Positions 52,282 through 64,000 of a DNA stretch of 64,000 nucleotides are shown here, in pieces. How positions within the stretch are numbered: position 1 is the first letter of the stretch; each line of letters begins with the position of its first letter. Where the stretch lies: assembly GCF_009834535.1 (NCBI RefSeq), contig NC_045711.1, positions 41,168,001 through 41,232,000 on the forward strand, read 5' to 3'. The notes under the pieces are model-generated. The model was given only the letters and a program-made list of their open reading frames with translations. It did not search any database and was not told the DNA's origin. The stretch comes from Camelus ferus (Eukaryota). A program made the translations under genes and the position numbers.

Positions 52282-54967
52282 ATGGCACCTCCAAGGCCCC
52301 TTCTGATGCTGGCCCTGCTGGCATGGGTTGTTCTGGCTGACCAAGGTGTGGGAGGGTGTCAGTGGCCATTTGGGTCAATGTAGGGTGGGCAAGGGTGGCC
52401 TGGGCTTGACCATGCTAACTGATACCCCTTCCCCACAGAGTCGTGCAAGGACCGCTGCACTGAGGGCTTCAACGCCGACAGGAAGTGTCAGTGTGACGAG
52501 CTCTGCTCTTACTACCAGAGCTGCTGTGCCGACTATGTGGCCGAGTGCAAGCCCCAAGGTGCGTTCAGAGTGGCTGGGTGGGCTTGGGGTCCCCTCTGCA
52601 GTTGGAGACTCACCACCGCCCATCCTGCCTGCAGTGACTCGAGGGGATGTATTCACTCAGCCAGAAGATGACTACAGGTTGTACGACTACCACGAGGAGA
52701 CCAGACCCAGTATGAGTGCCCAGCCACAGACAGAGAGGCCCAGACTGCAGGGCCACACTAAAGAGACTCCTGAACTGGCACCTACTCAGAACCCTCAGGA
52801 AGAAGTCGTTCCAATATCTGGGCAGGGGAACTCAGAACCTGAGGTGGAGCTCCTCAGGCCTGAGATCCCAGCAGAGGAGGAGAAGTGCAGCGGGAAGCCC
52901 TTTGATGCCTTCACTGACCTCAAGAATGGTTCCCTCTTTGCCTTCCGAGGTGACTCAAGGAGGGGTCTCAGGGGAAGGGGTCTGCCCCAGGAGCATCCTC
53001 TCACATAGCCTCCCTCCCTCTAGGGCTGTACTGCTATGAGCTGGATGAAAAGGCAGTGAGGCCTGGGTACCCCAAGCTCATCCAAGACGTCTGGGGCATT
53101 GAGGGTCCCATTGATGCCGCCTTTACCCGCATCAACTGTCAGGGGAAGACCTACCTCTTCAAGGTGCCAGGTCCAGGGCCTGTGGGTTAGGGTCAAGGGT
53201 ATCAAGGTAGGGGTTGAGGGCTGCTGTGTCCAGGACCAGGGTGGGCAAGAGGGCTAGATCCCAGCCTGTGGTCCCTGGCTGGGTCTCTATAAGGACATGA
53301 AAGCCCCAGGTTCCAGGTCTTGGGGCTACAAACCTGGAACTAGGGCTGCTGCCTTAGGAAGGGGACTCTGCCTCTGTGCCCAGCCAGCTGCCTCCTCACT
53401 CTCTTCTTCCTGACCCCTTAGGGTAGTCAGTACTGGCGCTTTGAGGATGGTGTCCTGGACCCTGATTACCCCCGAAACATCTCTGAAGGCTTCAGGGGCA
53501 TTCCAGATAATCTGGATGCAGCCTTTGCACTTCCTGCTCATAGCTACAGTGGCCGGGAGCGGGTCTACTTCTTCAAAGGTACTCAGGGGGTGGGTGGGAG
53601 GATGAACAGGCAGTGGAGCAGTCTTGGTTTTCTTCCACACTCCACTGGGGACTGGCCTCACATTATTGCCAACCCCCTGCTGGGATCTTGTAACTTCTAC
53701 AGCCTCTGGTCTTTCCAGTCTTGCTCATGGCCACCCCTCCCCAGGCAAACAGTACTGGGAGTACCAGTTCCAGCAGCAGCCCAGTCAAGAGGAGTGTGAA
53801 GGCAGCTCCCAGTCGGCCGTGTTTGAACACTTTGCCCTGATGCAGCGGGACAGCTGGGAGGACATCTTCAAAATTCTCTTCTGGGGCAGTTCCTCTGGTA
53901 TGGAGGAAGAGCAAGTCTTTCTTCCCCCTCAACAGGGCTGGGATCCGCGGGTAGAGGTAGGGCTGGGCTGGCCAGAGGGGCTGTGACTGTGGAGCTATTG
54001 ATCAAAAGTTGTTTGCTCAGGTCAGACTTTGCTTCTGTTGACCTTTGTCGGGGAGGTTTGCCTTCTGCTGGACCCCACACCTTGGACTTTGCCTAGCACA
54101 GCCAAGAGCACAGCCAGCAGAAGGAGGGGCTGTGGCAACCGGGGAGGGATATGGTGGAGGGAGCCCAGGTGAAAGGGCATTGAACAGGGATTTCGAAGGC
54201 CAGGATGCTAGGCTCTGCCTCTGGCTAGCCGTGTGTCCTCGGGCCCATCCTTGGCTACCAAGGCTCCCCATTGACCCCTTCCCTGACACAGGTGGTGTTG
54301 GACAGCCCCGGTTCATCAGCAGGGACTGGCTTGGTTTGCCTGGACAAGTGGATGCGGCCATGGCTGGCCATATCTACATCTCAAGCTCAACTCCTCGCTC
54401 CTCTCAGATCAAAATGACCAAGTCTAAGCATCGCAACCGCAAGCGCTACCGCTCACACCGTGGCCGTGGCCATAGCCGTAGACGCAGCCAGAACCCCCAC
54501 CGGAAATCTCGTTCAGTCTGGCTGCCCTTGTTCTCCAGTGAGGAGAGTGGTCCTGGAGCCTACAACTATGACTATGAGATGGACTGGCTAGTGCCTGCCA
54601 CCTGTGAGCCCATCCAGAGTGTCTACTTCTTCTCAGGAGGTGGGAACCCTGCCAGCCCTATATCTGGTCTGCTGTCCCTGCTCCCCATGGGCTGAACACA
54701 GCTCTTGGGTGATGATTCCAGAAAGCCAGATGGGAGTCCTTAAGTGCATTGTGGATGTTAACTTATCCTTCTAGGAGAGATCCAGGTCTTCTTTGGGCAG
54801 GAGTGGGCAGGCCAATGCTGGGTCTCACACACCCTCTCCCAACTTCTCTTCCAGACAAGTACTACCGAGTGAACCTTCGCACGCGGCGAGTGGACGCTGT
54901 GATCCCTCCCTACCCACGCTCCATCGCTCAGTACTGGCTGGGCTGCCCAGTCCCTATCCACGAGTAG
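52282..54967 (+). CDS. VTN: Vitronectin precursor, 8 coding exons, 469 aa
   Basis: Exons 52282-52345, 52439-52558, 52635-52949, 53024-53163, 53422-53578, 53745-53897, 54292-54639, 54855-54967 (1410 nt = 469 aa + TAG). Signal peptide MAPPRPLLMLALLAWVVLA, 8-Cys somatomedin-B domain, RGD (VTRGDVF), hemopexin repeats (CSGKPFDAF, YWRF, YFFK), basic heparin-binding segment KHRNRKRYRSHRGRGHSRRRS. Confidence 0.98.
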
Positions 54968-55029
54968 GAGTCTGAGTCCACACAGCTGGGCCTCTGCTGC
55001 CCCCTCCGCCAACTTCCTCTTCCCAGCCC

Positions 55030-55035
55030 AATAAA
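55030..55035 (+). terminator. VTN polyadenylation signal AATAAA
   Basis: AATAAA 63 nt after the VTN stop, followed by a U/GU-rich tract (TTCCTTGGTCTTGAGTTT). Confidence 0.8.
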
Positions 55036-56383
55036 GATTCCTTGGTCTTGAGTTTAAGACTACTGTCCTGGCTGGGCTGGACAGGCAGGAGGGAGGGATC
55101 TGCCTGGGTAGAGGAGGGGAAGCTGGGCTGTCAGGGTGGCTTGGGGGAGGGGACAGAGCAGAGCCTCCTTGTGTCCAGCTCATGTTGGGGATAGGCCCAC
55201 TCTGTGAGCGAGAAAAGGTGTGGGTTGGGAGGGCCTCATGAGTGCAAGACTTCCCCCTGCACTGAGCAGCCCCCCACAACCTACCAGCCCCTAAGCAGGA
55301 GCTCGAACCCCTCTGAGGATGACAGGAGTTACCAAGCTACACTTCTGAGCCCTGGGTTTGTTTTACCTGTCACTGACTAGGGTCTTGGAGGAGAGAGAAG
55401 GGGCAGGAAGTGATGAGTTCTGGTTCAGCTTTTCTGCCTATACTGGACATGAAACGCTGTTAGCTTAGACATTTGAGTTCCAGGGGAACTGGTCACTGTG
55501 CTCCTCCAAACCCACCCCAACGATGACGGACCTTTGAGGTCTCTGTCTTGGATCTGTGATGCGGAGCACTGAGTCAGGAGAGATAGGGAAGAGCAGGAAC
55601 TAAAAGGAAATACAAATGCACCCATTTCTCTTAGAAAAGTGGCCCAGAAGACCTCCAAGGATGAGTACACTGTAAAAGCAAATATCTTTCTTAAAACCCC
55701 TCAATGTAACTGTGGAACCTTCTCTGGGTCCAGATTCCTGGGCTCTAGAAAGCCCATTTGGGCTCTCAAGGGGCCAGAAAGAACGGGCTAGATGCAGACA
55801 AAGCTCTAAAGTGGACCTGAGGGTGATCTGGTGGTGACATCTGCTCCCAGCCCTGCTGAGGGGAGGGTGGCTCCAGCTCACTGCTGCCCCCCTGTCTTCC
55901 TCCTCATTCTGTTCAGATCTCCTAGCCCTGTCCTTAACTGTGGTATAGGACTCCACCCACTCTCTCTGGATGGCAGCCAGTACCAGGGCACTGAGGGCTG
56001 TGGGATAGGCAGCTGAAACACTGGCAGCATTGGAGAAAGGGAACGCCTTGGCTTCCTGGAAGAACCCTGGGAGGATTTTCACAAAGTACAGGATTTCAGA
56101 CACAGACTACCAGAGTTTGAGGTTTGAAGAGGGGGCTGGGCTTCTTTTATGAAGCCCAGAGGAATAGGGTTGCCCAACCCACATCCCCACAAGCCCCAAC
56201 ACTGCCCCTGGCCTCCCCTATTTTCTCTGGGAGTTCTCCGCCCTCATCCTCGGAGCTGGACACTAAACCTACCCCCTCCTGGAGGCGGAGCCAGCCCTCG
56301 GAGCAGGATAAAACCCCAAACCGAGGGGACTGGTGTGGGCACAGCCTTGGCATGGCCATCTGGCTCCTCACTCTGCCAGCTCC

Positions 56384-57298
56384 ATGGCCAGCTCAGTGGA
56401 TGCATCTTCTGCAGGTGATCTGGTGGGGAAAGGGTGGGCAGGGGGAGGATGTGGGGAGGGTGTGATGGGGAAGTTTGAGAGGGGTGGGGAGTAGGAGCTT
56501 CCATGTTTGTTGGGGGTTTGAGGCTGGGGTAGAGGTTCTTGCAGGGACACCTGGCTTGACCCCCACCCTGGCCTACAGGCCTTGCCAGTGGGTTGGGTCC
56601 CCATCGGAGAAAGAGGACTACCTTCAGCAGAGGGCAGCTGCTGGAGATGGAGCGGGTGTTTGCAGCACGGCCCTACCCCGACATTGGCACCCGTGAGCAC
56701 CTGGCCCAGGTCACCTGCCTTCCTGAGGCCAAAATTCAGGTAAGCTGTGACCCCTACCCCTGCCCTCATTGGGAATGCTCTCGCGCAGACAATTTCTAAG
56801 CTTGACCCACAGTCCCTTCTCTCTGGGTATCCTGCCCCCAGGTTCTGCTTTCACTGTATCCAGGGGAGGGTGGGAAAGGATGCTGTAGCCAGAAGAGACT
56901 CCTTCTTTCCTTATCAGGTGTGGTTCCAGAACCGCAGAGCCAAGAGAATCAAGAATAGAAAGCCAGGAGGCCTAAGCCCTAGGCCTGAGCCACCCCAGAG
57001 ATCCTGTTCTCTTCCAGACACCATCAAGCAGTCTGGGGAGCCCCGAACCCTGGGCCAGTCTCCACCCTCCAACAGCACAGCTCAGTATGCCTCTGTGTGT
57101 CGACACACCTCCTGCCCAGCTCCTGGCTTGGGTCCAGGGCAGGGATGGGTGGGGGCTAAAGCTACTGCCCCATGGGGACCAGCTGGGGCTGCAGGGGTCC
57201 ACCTAACTTCAGAGCGAGCTACCCCCCAGAACTCACTGGGCAGCCTGTCTGACCTCATCTATGCCTCGGCCATTGTCACCAACCTGGACCACTCCTAA
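56384..57298 (+). CDS. SEBOX: Paired-like (Q50) homeobox protein SEBOX, 3 coding exons, 190 aa
   Basis: Exons 56384-56414, 56579-56739, 56918-57298 (31+161+381=573 nt = 190 aa + TAA). N-terminus [11 protein letters not shown]; homeodomain [46 protein letters not shown]|[14 protein letters not shown]; C-terminus [18 protein letters not shown]. Syntenic position downstream of VTN. Confidence 0.95.
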
Positions 57299-57371
57299 TC
57301 TAGGTCTAGAACTTGGAAGACCCCTCCTGTGACTCCTGTAACCCACTCTACCCCTTAGGACTGAACACATC

Positions 57372-57415
57372 AGAAGTGGACCCAAAAAAAAAAAAAAAAA
57401 AAAAGAAGTGGACCC
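57372..57415 (+). repeat. Poly(A) run (21 A) flanked by a 12-bp direct repeat AGAAGTGGACCC
   Basis: Repeat at 57372-57383 and 57404-57415; A-run at 57384-57404. Confidence 0.9.
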
Positions 57416-57879
57416 TCTTTTTAACAAGGGAGTTCTCTTACAGGAAGAAGGGTTAGCTCAGGGATCCCTCCCTTCCCCTGTCCTCCAGGCCAGCCTAGAT
57501 GCGGGTCCTATGGAGTGACAGGGGCCTGGCTCTGCTACCTAGCACCCTGCCCCTTCTGGGGCTTATGCCTATCATCTCGGCAGGAGGTACCTACAAAGAG
57601 ATGAGGTCAGGGCTCATGTTTCCCACTTCTCCTTCCAGGTCTGGTTCCCAATTCTTCTCTCCCCAGCTGACCACACCTCCTCCCACTAAAGGAGAATGGC
57701 CAGCTGCCCCTCACCCAAGGGCCCTCCAAGCCATAAACTGACTGTTAAGTGAACTAGGAGAGTGCTGATCCTAATTCTAGACTGCAGGGACCAATCCTTT
57801 CATAGTTCAGGGCCCCCTCTCCTGCCCTACTACTGCCTGGACAAATTAATCAGAACCACGGATCTGAAGAGGGAGTGAT

Positions 57880-57893
57880 ATTAAAGTAATAAA
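57880..57893 (+). terminator. Candidate SEBOX polyadenylation signals (ATTAAA + AATAAA)
   Basis: ATTAAA 57880-57885 and AATAAA 57888-57893, ~590 nt after the SEBOX stop. No earlier canonical hexamer seen. Confidence 0.45.
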
Positions 57894-59308
57894 GTAGAAA
57901 TAGGAGTCTGGGCTTCTGTTAATCAGATTGGCTGCCCTCTGACCTGGGGCTGCAGACAACCTGAGATTCAGGATGGGGTGGGGGTTGGGGGTGGTCTGCA
58001 CGGCAGCATTGGGTTTTGGTATCACTGTCATCTGTAATGCCAACTAATCTCCAAATAAAACCCAAACTCTACCTTAATCTGGATTGTTGTGTGCTGCAAA
58101 TGAATTGAGATGGGGGCTGTTTGCTTTTGAAATTTATCTCTATCACCTAATCCCTAAATAGGGCCAGGTTCCACATAGACTCTGGGTGGGAGGTATTATT
58201 CAGGCTTCTGTTGGGATTAGTTAGAGGGATAGTTAATTGAAGGGCTTAGGCCTCTGGCTGACAAACCCTGGAGAGACGGGAGCCTCAGCTGTACCCACTT
58301 CTGCTCCCACTGGTTCCCAGACACTCCAGCTGCCTCCACTTCTGGAGCTGCTCTGCTTCAGAGAGAAAAGCTGGGAGTTTACAACTGGTCTGCGCTGGAT
58401 ACAAATCCTGGTTGCCGTGTCTGCCGTGTAATCTTGGAACTCACCAACAGTCTATGAGCCTAAAAAATGGGGATGATAACACTCATCTCTCTGTTTGGGG
58501 AACAAGAAGCAATAATACAGATGAAGGGCTTCACGTGGTGCACGACATGTAGTAAAAGCGCTCAATACACGGTAGTTCCCACCCACTCCCCATACGACAG
58601 GTCTTGAGGAACTGGGAAGGCCTCAAACTTCTTGTTCTGCAGGCTGGCTGCCAAGGACTCCCCTTTCTCCCTGGGACGCCCTGGACACAGGCTGCACCAG
58701 AGAAAGCATGGTATGGTGAGACAAACGTCTGAGAGCAGAGAGTTCCCTTCTCTGGGACGAAAACTGGATGACAGGCCCTCCCCCATCTCCATTCCTATTC
58801 TAATTCGTGCCCTTACAGATGGGAGCCACCTGCACAGTGGCCATTTCCTTGCAGGCCCCAGGGCTTTGACTCCTCTAGCCCCAGAAGCCAGGGCAGTGCT
58901 TGGCCCATTAAGGAACTCTCAACAAGTACTCAAGGCCACGGAAGCCTATTGGCTTGTGAGTAGGGGGCTGGGACCAGGTAAAGACCCCATTCCAAAAAAG
59001 AGGGGTGTGTGGAGAATGACTCCAATTGCATCCTAAGAAGACGCCCTGGATCAGCTTTTTAAGGAAGTCTGCTCTTTATCTAAAATGTGGAAGTCTTCCA
59101 ACTTGAATCCAGGTACGTGGAAGCTGTGAAAGCTCAAGGGTAGGTTGTCTCCCTGACCCATGGAGTTTAGCACAGGTAAGTACAGCTGTGAATCTCCACA
59201 AAGCTTCAGTGTACCTTTTTAACTCAATCTTAAACCATCTGGGTTACTAGAAACACTGTAAAAGTCCACCTGCATTTTTTCTCACAATCAACAATAGAAA
59301 TCCTATGA

Positions 59309-60012
59309 TTTTTTTTTTGGTTTTTAAAAAATTGAAGTACAGTTACAATGTGTCAATTTCTGGTGTACAGCACAATGTCCCAGTCATGCATATACATACA
59401 TATATTCATTTTCATATTATTTTTCATTAAAGGTTATTACAAGATATTGAATATAGTTCTCTGTGCTATACAGAAGAAATTTGTTTTTTTAAATCTATTT
59501 TTATATATAATGGCTAACATTTGCAAATTTCAAACTCCCAAATTTATCCCTTCCTATTTCCTTTTCCCTGGTAACCATCTATGTCTGGGAGTCTATTTGT
59601 TTTGTAGATGAGTTCATTAGTGTCCTCTTTTTTCTTTTTTCAGATTCCACATACGAGTAATAATATATGGTATTTTTCTTTCTCTTTCTGGCTTACTTCA
59701 CTTAGAATGATCTCTAGGTCCATCAATGCTGCTGCAAATGGCATTATTTTATTCTTTTTTGTCTGAGTAGTATTCTATTGTATAAATATACCACAACTTC
59801 TTTATCCAGTCATCTGTTGATGGGCATTTGTGTTGCTTCCATGTCTTGACTATTGTATATAGTGCTACTATGAACATTGGGGTGCATGTATCTTTTTGAA
59901 TCAGAGTTCCCTCGGGATATATGCCCAGGAGTGGGATTGCTGGATCATATGGTAAGTCTATTTTTAGTTTTTTGAGGAATCTCCATATTGTTTTCCATAA
60001 CAGCTGCACCAA
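59309..60012 (-). mobile_element. 5'-truncated LINE-1, antisense, between SEBOX and TMEM199
   Basis: Minus-strand ORF 59749-60012 is the L1 ORF2 C-terminus ([28 protein letters not shown]...KCPSTDDWIKKLWYIYTIEYY). 3' UTR and T-run (poly-A) at 59309-59318. Confidence 0.9.
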
Positions 60013-60920
60013 GGTGTAGCTTTTTAACTCAATCTTAAAACTGTCTGAGTTGCTAGAAACACTCTAGAAGTCCACCTGCATTTTTTCTCATGGCTGACAT
60101 TTCTTCCAACCAACAATAGAAACCCTACGATTTCTCAACACAGTGATCTGTGGTGGGACAGAAGGGCCTAAGCCACCCTCTCTCTCATGGAGGATAGTGC
60201 CCTGAGAGGCTGACTTGCTATAATTCAAGAAACTGGCAATACTATAGAGGAAACATCTGCTGAGCCAATGAGTGTATAATTTCTAAGAACAGAAGAGTGT
60301 TCTGGAAAAAGAAAAAGATGACAGGAGCTCATACACTGAACAAAGACAGAGTCCACCATTAGGAACAACCCTGGCCAATTCTCCCAACTATGGAAATCTC
60401 TAGGCTTTTGTGTTCTCACAGGATTTGAAATAAGAATATGCTGGGTACAACAAATATTTATTGGATAAATAATGCTGATACCATTTTTAAGTGCCTTATA
60501 CAGATTCTATCAGCACACCACTAATCTAAATTCTTATAAGTTTAACATTACACAGAGACTTCAGGGCAACCTAAAAGTCTCTGGCTCTATTTAACAGAGG
60601 AAGGACCTCAGCTGGTCATTTGATCTTTCTCAGCCTCAGTTTTGTCTTCTGGAAAAAGGGCCTAAAACCATTTCCTTTTCCAACCTCTGGGATTACTGTG
60701 AACACCAAAAGCAATCACGTAAAACAGTTAGTCAACTGAGAACTCTTACACACTATTTTTCATACTCACCCAAACGTGTTGAAGAATCTACACAAAATAA
60801 CCTGTATTAAGCTTACATATAATATGTATATATATGTGATGTGTATATTCACATTCGTATATATATAGTTACAAATATAGTTAAATCTAAAAAGTCCCTT
60901 GTCTACAGAGAACATCTCCC

Positions 60921-60930
60921 TTTATTTATT
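60921..60930 (-). terminator. Candidate TMEM199 polyadenylation signal (AATAAATAAA on minus strand)
   Basis: Plus-strand TTTATTTATT gives overlapping AATAAA hexamers on the minus strand, ~790 nt past the TMEM199 stop. Confidence 0.55.
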
Positions 60931-61718
60931 GATACAACCCACAGAAGACATACTCTCCCCACAAACACAAACATGCACAAGGGATTTCACAACTAAAAGC
61001 AGGCATACTGTATTGCCATCTGAATCATTTTCATTTTTGAAAGCAAAAGGTGATGGGAAGGTGGAAAGTTTCAGAAGGGGTAGTGAGTGGTGAGACAGGC
61101 AGAAGCATACAGAAAATATGAACAAGGCAAGCAGAAGAAGGAAGATGATGAAGACAGAAACTAATTAAAAAAGGTAGCTGCCTTGCTTCCAATTCCACCA
61201 TTGTGTACCAACCATCTTTCTCCTATTTGATGTCCTCTGATCAGTTCCTCTTCCAGCACAAACTGGAGAAAGGGAATCCCTTCTGCTTTCTTGGAGTCTT
61301 CTGATCTCAATTTTAGGTCTGCATCAAGATGTGTGCAGCAAGGATGACCACTGATTTGTGAACCTGGGCAAGTTCAAGGCAGTATGGTCTACTTTTGAAA
61401 AGGCCTGGATTCTCTGTACTCCCAATGGAAAAAGACCCCTGTCCCAGCAATGCTCAGAATGGACTGGAGAAGGCAGATGGGCACCAGGTTGAGGAGAACA
61501 TATTGAGAGACCAGGTCTTTTCAGTTGTTGTCTGAGTCTCCTCTACTGCCCCCTCTGTAAACTGACACAGGATGGGGTGCCCCACAGGAACAGCAGGTGG
61601 CTTTGGTTCAGCCCTCTGACTAACCAGAGCTGAGTACAGAGAGCCTGATGGGTTGACTGAGAATCAGTGATTGGCAGCTGGAAGCCTGGAATCCTTAGAC
61701 TTTGATGATCAAGTGCAG

Positions 61719-63752
<2,034 letters not shown>

Positions 63753-63952
63753 GTCTAGCCAGTTGTAGGGTCAGGTGACCCCGACCCGGGACTTCCGTCT
63801 GCCTCCGCCGGAAGGAGCTCTGAGCTCACGGGGCGGGGCAGAGGGCCAAGGGGGCGGGGATACGGCGCGGGGCAGTGTGGGGCGGGGGCGGAAGGCCGCC
63901 CGGCCGCGGGTGCGTTTGTGTGTCACTAGCCCGGCGGGCGCTCTCTCGGGAC
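63753..63952. promoter_or_regulatory. TMEM199/POLDIP2 bidirectional CpG-island promoter
   Basis: Only 200 nt separate the divergent ATGs. Opposed ETS cores ACTTCCG (63791-63797) and CCGGAAG (63808-63814), several GC boxes (63830 onward), E-box-like GGTCAGGTGACC (63769-63780). Confidence 0.85.
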
Positions 63953-64000
63953 ATGGCGGGCTGTGTGGCCCGGCGGGCCCTGACGGTGGGCAGTCGCTGG
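63953..64000 (+). CDS. POLDIP2: Polymerase delta-interacting protein 2, first 16 codons only (truncated by window end)
   Basis: GAC-ATG-G context; translation MAGCVARRALTVGSRW resembles the recalled POLDIP2 N-terminal transit peptide (human MAACTARRALAVGSRW). Expected head-to-head synteny with TMEM199. Confidence 0.88.
   Translation, partial: MAGCVARRALTVGSRW

Noticed and set aside
52328-53008. 226-aa ORF running through VTN introns 1-2 into exon 3 (a signal-less RGD isoform?)
   Set aside because: It needs intron retention and an internal start, while the canonical splice chain fits perfectly. With no independent support it is most likely chance in short GC-rich introns.
55600-56103. 167-aa minus-strand ORF between VTN and SEBOX
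   Set aside because: Non-ATG start, no recognisable homology, and no promoter or poly(A) context.

Overview
This is mammalian genomic DNA covering the conserved SLC46A1-SARM1-VTN-SEBOX-TMEM199-POLDIP2 block (human 17q11.2 synteny, here in reverse orientation). It is probably from a camelid: three young tRNA-derived SINEs resemble the camelid vic-1 type, and I saw no Alu or Bov-tA elements. I assembled five complete multi-exon CDSs by hand, each with GT-AG junctions and no internal stop: SLC46A1/PCFT (+, 5 exons, 459 aa), SARM1 (-, 9 exons, 724 aa), VTN (+, 8 exons, 469 aa), SEBOX (+, 3 exons, 190 aa) and TMEM199 (-, 6 exons, 207 aa). The first 16 codons of POLDIP2 (+) lie at the window edge. 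The first ~25 kb has no recognisable gene: it is L1/L2/MIR/LTR/SINE sequence with three N-runs and a few candidate enhancers. I do not see a wholly new biological system. The most interesting observations are: a bare 20-A retroinsertion with a perfect 12-bp TSD in the SEBOX 3' UTR; an L1 fragment flanked by a ~100-120 bp duplication; an overlapping uORF at SARM1 that could shift initiation to Met18; a stronger-context out-of-frame ATG ahead of SEBOX that opens a 93-aa overlapping ORF; an intact SEBOX homeodomain with a downstream cluster of K50/OTX-type sites; a CxxC motif in the SARM1 SAM-TIR linker; a MIR4723-like tailed-mirtron hairpin; and two related LTRs bracketing SLC46A1 exon 1. Comparisons with human proteins and repeat-family names come from recall and need database confirmation.
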